Origin: Clostridia bacterium
GTDB lineage: Bacteria > Bacillota > Clostridia > RUG12999
DNA length: 64,000 nucleotides
Reading direction: 5' to 3'
NCBI GenBank assembly: GCA_045648785.1
Contig: JAZROP010000036.1
Span: forward strand, 2,457-66,456
In this document: positions 28,117-37,016 of the stretch, one piece after another
Layout: each line of letters starts with the position of its first letter
Numbering within the stretch: position 1 is the stretch's first letter
Made by a program: the position numbers and the translations under genes
The notes under the pieces: generated by a model
The model's database searches: none
What the model was told of the DNA's origin: nothing
The model's input: the letters and a program-made list of their open reading frames with translations, nothing else

Positions 28117-28794
28117 ATGGAAAAAAAAAGGAAGTTTTCAAAAGCAAATTTGCTTTATGTGTTTTCAATGCTTCTGGGGCTGACGATTATAGTAGCCGGA
28201 TTTTCGGTTGCAAATAATGCACGAAAAGAAATGTCAGAACAAATGCAGATTTCCGAAAAAAAGGTGGAAATACCGCAGACGGAGACAGTGTCAAAACCGG
28301 CTGAAAAAATTGAAAAGAAATCTGAAAAGGTGGACACAGTTGTTCTGACGACGGCAGAACAAGAACCAAAAGAGGACGAATTTGCACCCAAACTTGAAAA
28401 CTATCTTATTACACCACCGACTAAAGGAGAAATTTCAAGAACTTATACAGGCAAATCTCTTGTTTATTCAGAGTATTTTGATGACTGGCGAGTGAAAAAA
28501 GGTGTTGATATTTCAGCAACTGAGCTTGCACAGGTAAGAGCGGCGGCAAATGGCAGGGTAAAATCAGTGTATAAAGATAATTCGCTGGGAACTATAATTG
28601 TGCTTGAACACGGTGATTTTAATACCGTTTACGGAAATCTGTCAACCGACGGGATTGTCTCGGTGGGCGATGAGGTGCGTGCGGGAGATGTTATAAGTGG
28701 TGTTGGAAAAGCTCCGGATGGAAAAACATATCTTCATTTTGAAATTGAATATGCTGGTGAGGACATAGACCCCGAACCGCTGATTGTAAGATGA
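28117..28794 (+). CDS. membrane-anchored M23/LytM-domain protein with a degenerate active site (SpoIIQ-like architecture)
   Basis: N-terminal transmembrane segment, a Glu/Lys-rich linker and a C-terminal LytM fold. HxxxD is KKGVD, the catalytic His is N (YGNLS), and HxH is YLH. Confidence 0.7.
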   Translation: MEKKRKFSKANLLYVFSMLLGLTIIVAGFSVANNARKEMSEQMQISEKKVEIPQTETVSKPAEKIEKKSEKVDTVVLTTAEQEPKEDEFAPKLENYLITPPTKGEISRTYTGKSLVYSEYFDDWRVKKGVDISATELAQVRAAANGRVKSVYKDNSLGTIIVLEHGDFNTVYGNLSTDGIVSVGDEVRAGDVISGVGKAPDGKTYLHFEIEYAGEDIDPEPLIVR

Positions 28795-28796
28795 AA

Positions 28797-28821
28797 AGAG
28801 ACCGCTTAGCGGTCTTTTTTT
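28797..28821 (+). terminator. terminator after the LytM-domain gene
   Basis: AGAGACCGC-tta-GCGGTCTTT stem followed by a T run. Confidence 0.75.
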
Positions 28822-28957
28822 ATAATAATACATTTTTCATGTATTCCCGCGGGCAGACTCCGAATTTCTGCAGAAAACGCCTTGAAAAGTAAAACTGGTC
28901 GGAAAATCCAAGTTTTTCGCTAATGTCGGATATGGAAAGCAAATTGTGGGTTTTGAT
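28820..28957 (-). pseudogene. relic of an AraC-family regulator (last 45 codons only)
   Basis: Minus-strand translation IKTHNLLSISDISEKLGFSDQFYFSRRFLQKFGVCPREYMKNVLL* is the second AraC HTH. An in-frame TAA lies immediately upstream and there is no N-terminal part. Confidence 0.65.
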
Positions 28958-29006
28958 TTATTATATCACAACATATGGAAAGAACAAAATTAAGGAGGAG
29001 TCAAAA

Positions 29007-29228
29007 ATGAAACTTTGAGGCAAATTCTGGCTCTGGGGACATCCGGAGGAAAGATACAATGATGAATGGGGAAACAACAGAGTGTCCCGAATGACCCCTA
29101 TGGAGGGCTGTATTTATCTTGGCGTTAAAAATACATATATGGTGCCGGTTGGCTGGGATGTTAATATGCGTCAGTACAATAAATCTTTCCGGACGCTGAA
29201 TGAGGTTGGCTTACGATGTTGCTGTTGA
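29007..29228 (+). pseudogene. truncated gene relic with an in-frame TGA at codon 4
   Basis: TAAGGAGGAG RBS then ATG AAA CTT TGA, followed in frame by GKFWLWGHPEERYNDEWGNNRVSRMTPMEGCIYLGVKNTYMVPVGWDVNMRQYNKSFRTLNEVG... ending after 69 codons. Family not identified. Confidence 0.5.
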
Positions 29229-29349
29229 GTGGATGAATAAACACGGCGATGAGAAAATTAAAAATAAAAAAATAAAAAATGGCACAAAATGTTGTTTTTT
29301 TATTTACAAACAAGTGAAAGTGTGGTAAAATTGCGATGAGGTGAGTTTT

Positions 29350-30372
29350 ATGATTTATAACGATATTTTATTCCACAATGTTGACCAACTTGTTCCTACT
29401 GCAAATGGAGTGAAAATTTGCCGCTTTAAAGAGGATATCAGACTTAAAATTAACGAGCGTGGCAGAAGGATTGCAAATTTTTGCTGTGGCAGCGAGCTTA
29501 GGTTTGTTACCGATGCAAAAAATATACATATTAAATTTCTGACAAGTCTGGGCGGGGGAGTTACCGGGTATGGAACTTCAACGGTTACAGTTTATTGTGG
29601 GGATTATTTCCATTCGGTTCATGAAATTCCAAACGGAATTTTAACAACCGTAAAACTTGAAAAACCGACGCAATTTTTGGCAATGCCCGAAGAGTTTTTT
29701 AATGACAATGTTTTTAACAAGAATGTCTGGAGAATTCATCTTGCAAACGGCAATTTTGAATTCTGCGGAATAGATACATATGGTAATGAAATCCGTCCGC
29801 CAAAGCCGGAAGAAATGCCAGAAAAGACAATTTTGTCTTACGGCTCGTCTATTTCCCATGGATGTACAACAGTTACAAACACCCAGTCTTATGTAAACAC
29901 ATTTGCACGACTTATGGAAGCAGATGTACTTACCAAAGGAATTGCAGGCTCATGCCATGCAGAAAAGGAACTTGCAGACGACTTTGCTACGAGAGGTGAC
30001 TGGGAAGTTGCCCTTATGGAAATAGGCATAAATATGGTGGGCAGTTTTGAACCGGAAATTTTCAAAGAGAGATTTGACTATTTTGCAGATAAATTGTATG
30101 AAACCGGCAAAAAAATTATATTTTTGACAGTTCCGCGTTATTATGCTTATTATGATAAAGATACAATAAGTGGCAAAAGACTCCCTGAATATAATCGCAT
30201 TATAAGAGAAAAATGCGAAATGTATGATAAGGAAAGAGTAATGCTTCTTGAGGGTGAAGAAATTGTAAAATGCAGCAATTATCTTACAACAGACAGACTC
30301 CACCCGTCAACTGCAGGACATATTAATATGGGATATAATCTTTATAATTTTGTGAAAGATTGGATAAAATAA
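29350..30372 (+). CDS. SGNH hydrolase with an N-terminal extra domain (carbohydrate-esterase-like)
   Basis: SYGSSISHG (block I Ser) and DRLHPS (DxxH). GAGGTGA RBS before the ATG at 29350. Confidence 0.65.
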   Translation: MIYNDILFHNVDQLVPTANGVKICRFKEDIRLKINERGRRIANFCCGSELRFVTDAKNIHIKFLTSLGGGVTGYGTSTVTVYCGDYFHSVHEIPNGILTTVKLEKPTQFLAMPEEFFNDNVFNKNVWRIHLANGNFEFCGIDTYGNEIRPPKPEEMPEKTILSYGSSISHGCTTVTNTQSYVNTFARLMEADVLTKGIAGSCHAEKELADDFATRGDWEVALMEIGINMVGSFEPEIFKERFDYFADKLYETGKKIIFLTVPRYYAYYDKDTISGKRLPEYNRIIREKCEMYDKERVMLLEGEEIVKCSNYLTTDRLHPSTAGHINMGYNLYNFVKDWIK

Positions 30373-30391
30373 GAAAAATTAAAAAAAAGAC

Positions 30392-30420
30392 TTTACATTT
30401 TGGAAAAAGTGTAGTATAAT
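30392..30420 (+). promoter_or_regulatory. sigma-A-type promoter for rpsO
   Basis: TTTACA-17 nt-TATAAT. Confidence 0.55.
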
Positions 30421-30507
30421 ACCAGATGTATGCTTACGACTATGATACCGGGTTCACCGCCGGATTCTTGGTTGTTTAGTGAATAAATTATACGGAGGTG
30501 AAAAGAA

Positions 30508-30774
30508 ATGCTGCGTAAAGAGGCAAAGGACCAGATTATCCAGACTTACAGAATTCATGAAACCGATACAGGTTCTCCTGAAGTTCAGATCGCTATTCTT
30601 ACAACAAGAATTAACGAACTCAACGAACATCTGAAAGAACATAAAAAGGATAATCATTCAAGACGCGGACTTCTTAAGATGGTAGGTCAGAGAAGAAATC
30701 TTCTTAATTATCTTGCAAAAATCGATATTGAAAGATACCGTGCCATCATCGCAAAACTTGAACTCAGAAAGTAA
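30508..30774 (+). CDS. rpsO: 30S ribosomal protein S15
   Basis: [12 protein letters not shown]...[16 protein letters not shown], the canonical S15 sequence. Confidence 0.95.
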   Translation: MLRKEAKDQIIQTYRIHETDTGSPEVQIAILTTRINELNEHLKEHKKDNHSRRGLLKMVGQRRNLLNYLAKIDIERYRAIIAKLELRK

Positions 30775-30777
30775 GAA

Positions 30778-30807
30778 AAAGGGCGGCTTTATGCTGCCCT
30801 TTACTTT
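30778..30807 (+). terminator. rpsO terminator / pnp attenuator hairpin
   Basis: GGGCGGC-tttat-GCTGCCC with one GU pair, followed by TTTACTTT. Confidence 0.6.
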
Positions 30808-30932
30808 CAAAACCGATTAACAGGCTCACAGAAGGCGGTTAATTAGCAGTTATATATGTCACTGCAAAGGCGGTAATATATATAAGTGCTAATTCCGTCC
30901 CGAGTCAAAAAATAATATGGAGGAATTACACA

Positions 30933-33020
30933 ATGGAAAAGATTTTTAAAACTACCCTTGCCGGCAGACCAATAGTTGTTGAAACTGGAAAGCTTGCCGG
31001 ACTTGCAAACGGCAGTGCGCTTGTAAGATATGGTGATACTGTTGTTTTAACAACTGCTACCGCATCGGCTAAACCTCGTGACGGTATTGACTTTTTCCCG
31101 CTTAGCGTGGATTTTGAAGAAAAACTCTATGCCGTAGGTAAAATACCCGGCAGCTTTATGAAAAGAGAAGGTAAACCTTCCGAAAAAGCTATCCTTGCAT
31201 CCCGTGCAATCGACAGACCGCTTCGTCCTCTCTTCCCGAAGGATTTAAGAAACGATGTTTCCATCGTTTCAACAGTTATGTCTGTTGAACAGGACAACTC
31301 TCCTGAAATTGCAGCTATGCTGGGTGCAGCTATTGCAATTGAAATTTCCGACATTCCGTTTAACGGTCCTGTTGCAAGCGTTTATGTTGGTATAGTTGAT
31401 GGCAAAATCGTAATTAACCCCACTGAAGAAGAAAGAGAAAAATCTACTCTTAACCTTCTTGTTGCGGCAAGCATGGAAAAAATTGTTATGATTGAAGCGG
31501 GTGCCAAAGAAGTTCCCGAATATCAGATGCTTGAAGCTATCCTGACAGCTCATGAACACATTAAAGAGCTTTGCAAATTTGTTAAATCTATCGGACAGGA
31601 AATTGGCAAACCGAAATTCACATACGAAGCTTGTGATGTTGATGCAGAACTTTACAACGAAATTAAAGATTTTGCAATTGAAAAAATTCGTTATGCAATG
31701 GATACAGATGACAAGCTTGTTCGTGACGAAAGAATGCTTGTTATTGAAAATGAAGTTATCGAGCATCTTGGAGAAAAAATTGAAGGCAGAGAAGCGGAGC
31801 TTGCTGAAATTTTCTACAAACTCCAGAAATATGTTGTAAGAACATGGCTCCTTGAGGGCAAGCGTGTTGACGGCAGAGGTATTGACGAAATCAGACCTCT
31901 TGCGGCAGAAGTTTCACTTCTTCCCAGAACTCACGGTTCCGGTCTTTTCACAAGAGGTCAGACTCAGGTTCTTACAGTTGCAACACTTGCTCCTGCAGGT
32001 GAAGCACAGAAAATTGATGGCATAGACACAGATGAAACCAAAAGATATATGCACCACTACAATTTCCCGTCATACTCCGTTGGTGAAACAAGACCTTCAA
32101 GAGGTCCCGGTAGACGCGAAATTGGTCACGGTGCACTGGCGGAAAGAGCTCTTGAAACTGTTATTCCAACAGAAGAAGAATTCCCTTATGCAATCAGACT
32201 TGTGTCTGAAGTGTTAAGTTCCAATGGTTCGACATCTCAGGCTTCCATCTGCGGTTCCACACTAGCTCTTATGGATGCAGGTGTACCCATCAAAGAACCT
32301 GTTGCAGGAATTTCTGTTGGTCTTATCACAAAAGAAGATGGTAGCTTTATGACAATGCTTGACATTCAGGGTGTTGAAGACTTCTTCGGTGATATGGACT
32401 TTAAGGTTGGCGGTACTAAAAATGGTATCACAGCTATTCAGGTTGATATTAAAGTTGATGGTCTTACACCTGAAATCATTAAAGAAGCGTTTGAAAAAAC
32501 AAGAAAAGCAAGACTTTATATTCTGGATGAAATTATGCTTAAAGCAATTCCTCAGCCAAGAGAAGAACTTTCACCCTACGCTCCCAAGATGATTACATTT
32601 ACCATCAATCCTGATAAAATCAGAGAAGTTATCGGTACAGGCGGTAAAGTTATTCAAAAAATTATTGCTGATACCGGAGTTAAAATTGATATTGAGGATG
32701 ACGGTAGGGTATTCATCGCTGCAGTTGATTCTGCATCTGGTGAGAAAGCTAAGAAGATTATCGACGATATCGTAAGAGAACCTGAAATTGGCGAAATTTA
32801 CGAGGGCACAGTTGTTGGAACAACAACATTCGGTGCATTTGTTGAAATTCTGCCCGGTAAAGACGGTCTTGTTCATATTTCAAAGCTTGACAAGAAACGC
32901 GTTGAAAAGGTAGAAGATGTTGTTATAGTTGGTGATGTTCTTAAAGTTAAAATTGAGGATATTGACCCCAAAACAGGAAAAATAAAGCTCATCAGACTTT
33001 TTGATGACGAAGAAAACTAA
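30933..33020 (+). CDS. pnp: polyribonucleotide nucleotidyltransferase (PNPase)
   Basis: Two RNase PH domains plus KH and S1 domains. 695 aa. Confidence 0.95.
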   Translation: MEKIFKTTLAGRPIVVETGKLAGLANGSALVRYGDTVVLTTATASAKPRDGIDFFPLSVDFEEKLYAVGKIPGSFMKREGKPSEKAILASRAIDRPLRPLFPKDLRNDVSIVSTVMSVEQDNSPEIAAMLGAAIAIEISDIPFNGPVASVYVGIVDGKIVINPTEEEREKSTLNLLVAASMEKIVMIEAGAKEVPEYQMLEAILTAHEHIKELCKFVKSIGQEIGKPKFTYEACDVDAELYNEIKDFAIEKIRYAMDTDDKLVRDERMLVIENEVIEHLGEKIEGREAELAEIFYKLQKYVVRTWLLEGKRVDGRGIDEIRPLAAEVSLLPRTHGSGLFTRGQTQVLTVATLAPAGEAQKIDGIDTDETKRYMHHYNFPSYSVGETRPSRGPGRREIGHGALAERALETVIPTEEEFPYAIRLVSEVLSSNGSTSQASICGSTLALMDAGVPIKEPVAGISVGLITKEDGSFMTMLDIQGVEDFFGDMDFKVGGTKNGITAIQVDIKVDGLTPEIIKEAFEKTRKARLYILDEIMLKAIPQPREELSPYAPKMITFTINPDKIREVIGTGGKVIQKIIADTGVKIDIEDDGRVFIAAVDSASGEKAKKIIDDIVREPEIGEIYEGTVVGTTTFGAFVEILPGKDGLVHISKLDKKRVEKVEDVVIVGDVLKVKIEDIDPKTGKIKLIRLFDDEEN

Positions 33021-33113
33021 TATTAATAGCCTGCCCGCAGTGAACTGCACCAGTTTGTTCAGACGGTACAAAAAAGATCTTATGGTAGTTAAATATTAGA
33101 TTTTAAGCAAAAT

Positions 33114-33148
33114 ACTGACTTCTCGTTTTAAGGGGAGTCAGTTTCGTT
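33114..33148 (+). terminator. probable pnp terminator
   Basis: ACTGACTTCTC-N7-GGGGAGTCAGT (11 bp with 2 GU pairs) followed by a T-rich tail. Confidence 0.5.
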
Positions 33149-33150
33149 AT

Positions 33151-33183
33151 ACAAAAAGGGGTGAATGACATTGTCATTCACCC
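33151..33183 (-). terminator. terminator of the aro supraoperon
   Basis: GGGTGAATGAC/GTCATTCACCC inverted repeat overlapping the aroQ stop. CTTTTTGT follows on the minus strand. Confidence 0.7.
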
Positions 33184-33617
33184 TGTTTGTTTAAGTAATC
33201 TTCAAGATATTCAATAGCTTTTTTATATCCGTCAAAGCCATAGCCGGCAAATGTTGTCAGACAGTGCAGCCGAACATAAGAAATCTGTCTGAAATCCTCG
33301 CGTGCGGAAACATCCGACAGGTGCACCTCTACGGCAGGAAGATTGACTGCCTTTAGCGCATCAAGAATGGCTACACTCGTATGAGTGTAAGCCGCAGGGT
33401 TTATAACAATTCCGTCAAAATTCCCATAAGCTGCCTGAATTTCATCAACAATTACGCCTTCGTGGTTTGACTGAAAAACCTTTACTTCAATATTTTCCTC
33501 TTTGCAGGTTTCTTCAATAAATTTGACAAGAGCGTCATAGTTTTTATCACCGTAAATATCCGGCTCGCGAAGACCAAGCATATTTAGGTTTGGTCCGTTT
33601 ATTACAAGTAATTTCAT
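33174..33617 (-). CDS. aroQ: type II 3-dehydroquinate dehydratase
   Basis: INGPNLNMLGLREPDIYG and HLSDV motifs. ATGA overlap with the upstream gene. Confidence 0.9.
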   Translation of the reverse strand: MKLLVINGPNLNMLGLREPDIYGDKNYDALVKFIEETCKEENIEVKVFQSNHEGVIVDEIQAAYGNFDGIVINPAAYTHTSVAILDALKAVNLPAVEVHLSDVSAREDFRQISYVRLHCLTTFAGYGFDGYKKAIEYLEDYLNKQGE

Positions 33618-34831
33618 AGGATACACTCCTTAATTTTCATAACAGTTTCCTCAGGGGAAGAGTTGTTGTCAATTTCAAAATCACAGAAACGCTCATACAG
33701 CGGCTTTCTGATTTTATACATTTGAGAAAGATTTCCTGACTTTGAAAGTGGTCTGCCATCTGTAGGGAGAGTGTTTATATCCCGCTTCAGCCAAATAATA
33801 ACACTGTTCTGGTGAAGCAGGGAATAGTTTCTTTCCTGAGTGACGCATCCACCACCTGTTGAAATAATGTAGCCGCTTTCTTTGGAAATATCTTTTATAA
33901 CTTCAGTTTCAATATTTCGGAAGTATTCCTCACCATGCTCAGCAAAGATTTTTTCAATTTTTCCGGCACGCTCCACTATCATACTGTCACAATCTGCGAA
34001 AGGTCTTGAAAGATTACTGGATAAAAGCGCACCAATACGGCTTTTTCCGCATCCTGGCATTCCAATAAGAACAATATTTTTTAACTGAGTGTTTATTTTT
34101 TTAACAATCTCATCAATTTTTTCATCCTCTATTTTTTCGCCACTGAAAATTTCACAAGCAGCTTTTGCCTGAGCAACAAGCATAGGAAGTCCGTTAACAT
34201 TTGGAATATTAAGACGCTCAGCATCATATAGAAGCTTTGTGCAGGAGGGGTTGTAGATAAGGTCTGCAACACCACTGCAATTTTTGAAATTTTCAAGATT
34301 TATGGGAGATGCGGGCGTGTTGGGATACATTCCCACAGGCGTTGCATTAACTATAATGTCCGCATCATAGTGACGGGAAATGTTGTCATAGTTATTTTCA
34401 CCACTTCGTGATATAACAACTATTTCCGAAGCCCCCAAATCTTTTATTACGCATTGTACTGTAAGAGAGGCACCACCGGTTCCAAGAACTAAAACTTTTT
34501 TATTTTTAGGGGATATTTCTGCTTTTTTAAGCATATGTACAAAGCCAAAATAATCTGTGTTATGACCGTGCCATCCATCCTCTTTTAAAACAAGTGTGTT
34601 TACGCTGCCTGTTTTTTTAGCGGCTTCTGAGAGCTGTGAGCAGTAGGCAATAACAGCCTTTTTATATGGAATTGTAACATTCATACCGTCAAGTGAGGGA
34701 TTCTTTAAAAAATCCTCAAGCTCTGACGACGTTTTTTCATAAAGCTTATATTCATAGTTTGCGAGCATATTATGAATTGGGACGGAGAAACTGTGTCCCA
34801 GATGCTCACCAAGTAAACCGAATCGGGACAT
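33614..34831 (-). CDS. aroE-aroK: fused shikimate dehydrogenase / shikimate kinase
   Basis: N-terminal AroE region (GLLGEHLGHSFS, NTD, GTGGAS). C-terminal AroK region (GMPGCGKS Walker A, STGGG). Confidence 0.85.
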   Translation of the reverse strand: MSRFGLLGEHLGHSFSVPIHNMLANYEYKLYEKTSSELEDFLKNPSLDGMNVTIPYKKAVIAYCSQLSEAAKKTGSVNTLVLKEDGWHGHNTDYFGFVHMLKKAEISPKNKKVLVLGTGGASLTVQCVIKDLGASEIVVISRSGENNYDNISRHYDADIIVNATPVGMYPNTPASPINLENFKNCSGVADLIYNPSCTKLLYDAERLNIPNVNGLPMLVAQAKAACEIFSGEKIEDEKIDEIVKKINTQLKNIVLIGMPGCGKSRIGALLSSNLSRPFADCDSMIVERAGKIEKIFAEHGEEYFRNIETEVIKDISKESGYIISTGGGCVTQERNYSLLHQNSVIIWLKRDINTLPTDGRPLSKSGNLSQMYKIRKPLYERFCDFEIDNNSSPEETVMKIKECIL

Positions 34832-35973
34832 TATATAACCTCCGAATAGCTACCAAAATATTTGAAATCTTCGGAAATTTCGTCAAGCTCGCAGATAAGC
34901 TGAGCAAACTCCTCAGAATAAACTGATGTTTCAAGGTCGAAATAGAACATGAACTCGAAATCACGGTCGGGAATGGGACGGCTTTCAAGTTTTATAAGGT
35001 TTATGCCAAGAGCGTAAAGACGAGCAAGCGTTTTGTAAAGCGAACCCGGTTTGTGGGGAGCGATAAGCATAAGACTAGTTTTGTCCGCTCCGGGGTAGAT
35101 TTCAAGATTTTTAGATATACACACAAATCTTGTGTGGTTATTCTGATTGTCCTGAACAACGGTTTTGAGACATTCAAGATTATAAAGCTCAGCGCAAGTG
35201 TAGGAGGAGAGTGCCGCAATGTCACTTCGGTCGCTTTCTGACACCATTTTTGCTGCCACTGCAGTATTTTCACAACAAGTAATTTTAACATTCTTAAGAG
35301 AATTTAAGAATTCATTGCACTGACTTATTGCCTGTTCGTGAGAGAAAATTTCGCGAATCTGTGAAATGTCAGTACCTTTTTTCGCAAGCAAACTGTGGTT
35401 AACTTTTATCCGTGTACTTCTCACAATGTTAAAATTATGCTGAGTCATAAGGTCATAAACCTTTTTAACTGAGCCTGCTGTACTATTTTCGATGGGAAGC
35501 ACGCCATATTTGCATAAGCCGCTTTCAACTGCTGAAAAAACACCTTCAAAATTGCTCATATACATAATGCTTGGATTTTTAAACATTTTTTCGCACGCCA
35601 GCTGAGAATAGGCACCCTCAACGCCCTGACAAGCTACCTGAACATCGTTCGGGAAAAGTTTTGGAGTGTTTTCAACCGCGTCCATAATCTTACTGAACAT
35701 CTCAGTATTTTTATTAAGAAGTTTTCCCTGATAAGAACGGCTGAGCTCAAACATAAGCGAGTATAAAACTCGCATGTAGTTTTTAGTTTCAGGACGGGTT
35801 TTGCCTGCGATATCCGAAAGAATCTGGCGTTCGCGTGCGGAGTTTAATACAGGAAGATTATTTTCCTTTTTATATGCAGCAATTTTAGCCGCAATATCCA
35901 TACGGTTTTCAACCAGTTTTACTATTTCGTTGTCAATAGAGTCAATATCTTTTCTCAAGTTTTCAAGATTCAT
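34831..35973 (-). CDS. pheA: bifunctional chorismate mutase / prephenate dehydratase (P-protein)
   Basis: N-terminal CM type 2 helix (LRKDIDSIDNEIVKLVENR), a PDT domain, and a C-terminal ACT domain (ESRP). Confidence 0.85.
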   Translation of the reverse strand: MNLENLRKDIDSIDNEIVKLVENRMDIAAKIAAYKKENNLPVLNSARERQILSDIAGKTRPETKNYMRVLYSLMFELSRSYQGKLLNKNTEMFSKIMDAVENTPKLFPNDVQVACQGVEGAYSQLACEKMFKNPSIMYMSNFEGVFSAVESGLCKYGVLPIENSTAGSVKKVYDLMTQHNFNIVRSTRIKVNHSLLAKKGTDISQIREIFSHEQAISQCNEFLNSLKNVKITCCENTAVAAKMVSESDRSDIAALSSYTCAELYNLECLKTVVQDNQNNHTRFVCISKNLEIYPGADKTSLMLIAPHKPGSLYKTLARLYALGINLIKLESRPIPDRDFEFMFYFDLETSVYSEEFAQLICELDEISEDFKYFGSYSEVI

Positions 35974-35994
35974 AATATTTACAGCCTTTCAAAA

Positions 35995-36996
35995 TTATTT
36001 ATTAAAATCAAGATATGCGTCATATATGGCAATAGCGGTTGCCGCCTCTATACATACAACGGCACGGGGGACGATGCACGGGTCATGTCTACCGACAATG
36101 CTGAGAACCGTATTTTCCATACGGCTGAGAGAAACACTTTTCTGCTCTTTGCCGATTGAGGGAGTGGGTTTTACTGCTACACGGAAAATAATATCCTCAC
36201 CGGAGGTGAGTCCACCAAGTATGCCACCATGATTGTTAGTGCGAGTGCGTACTCTGCCTTCATCCATATAGTATTCGTCATTGTTTTCACTGCCAAAAAG
36301 CTTAGCACACTCAAAACCATTACCGAATTCAATTCCTTTAATTGCCGGAACGGCAAAAACAGCTTGAGAAATGCGATTTTCCATTCCGTCAAACATAGGG
36401 TCACCCAAGCCGACGGGGAGCCCGGAAACTCTACATTCTATCACTCCGCCAACCGAATCCTGATTTTCTCTTGCGCGGTCGATAATTTCATAAGCTTTAT
36501 CAAGGTTTGTTTCGCCGCCGATGCTTTTGATGTAAGCGGAAATGGTTATGCCCGTTTCCTCAAGAAGCTGTTTGCATATGCCGCCGGCAATGCATATGGG
36601 TGCAGTAATTCTGCCTGAAAAATGGCCGCCACCAGCAACATCGTTTGCTGCACTATGCCTTACATATGCGGGATAGTCCGCGTGAGCAGGACGAGGGATA
36701 TCCCGAATTTTTTCATAATCAACCGAACGGGTGTTTGTGTTTCTGATAATTGCACTTATGGGTGCGCCGCATGTAATGTCATTTATAAGACCTGATTGAA
36801 ATTCCACAAGGTCCGCCTCTTTTCGCGGAGTGGAATATTTGTCTTTTCCAGGAGCGCGTTTGTCCATAAATTGCTGAAGCTTTAGCGTATCGATTTTCTG
36901 ACCTGATTTAAGTCCGTCAATTGTAACGCCAATAGCTGGAGAATGGGACTGTCCCCAAACGGATATTTTTATGTTTTTACCAAAGGTACTTGACAT
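35995..36996 (-). CDS. aroC: chorismate synthase
   Basis: WGQSHSPAIG, RPAHADY and GRHDPC motifs. Confidence 0.9.
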   Translation of the reverse strand: MSSTFGKNIKISVWGQSHSPAIGVTIDGLKSGQKIDTLKLQQFMDKRAPGKDKYSTPRKEADLVEFQSGLINDITCGAPISAIIRNTNTRSVDYEKIRDIPRPAHADYPAYVRHSAANDVAGGGHFSGRITAPICIAGGICKQLLEETGITISAYIKSIGGETNLDKAYEIIDRARENQDSVGGVIECRVSGLPVGLGDPMFDGMENRISQAVFAVPAIKGIEFGNGFECAKLFGSENNDEYYMDEGRVRTRTNNHGGILGGLTSGEDIIFRVAVKPTPSIGKEQKSVSLSRMENTVLSIVGRHDPCIVPRAVVCIEAATAIAIYDAYLDFNK

Positions 36997-37016
36997 TTTT
37001 CTATGCCTGCCTTTCG

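Noticed and set aside
31269-31766. A 165-aa minus-strand ORF inside pnp
   Set aside because: It is antisense to PNPase, its composition is skewed (N/F/C-rich), and it has no RBS.
35801-36232. A 143-aa plus-strand ORF bridging pheA and aroC
   Set aside because: It is antisense to two well-supported biosynthetic genes.
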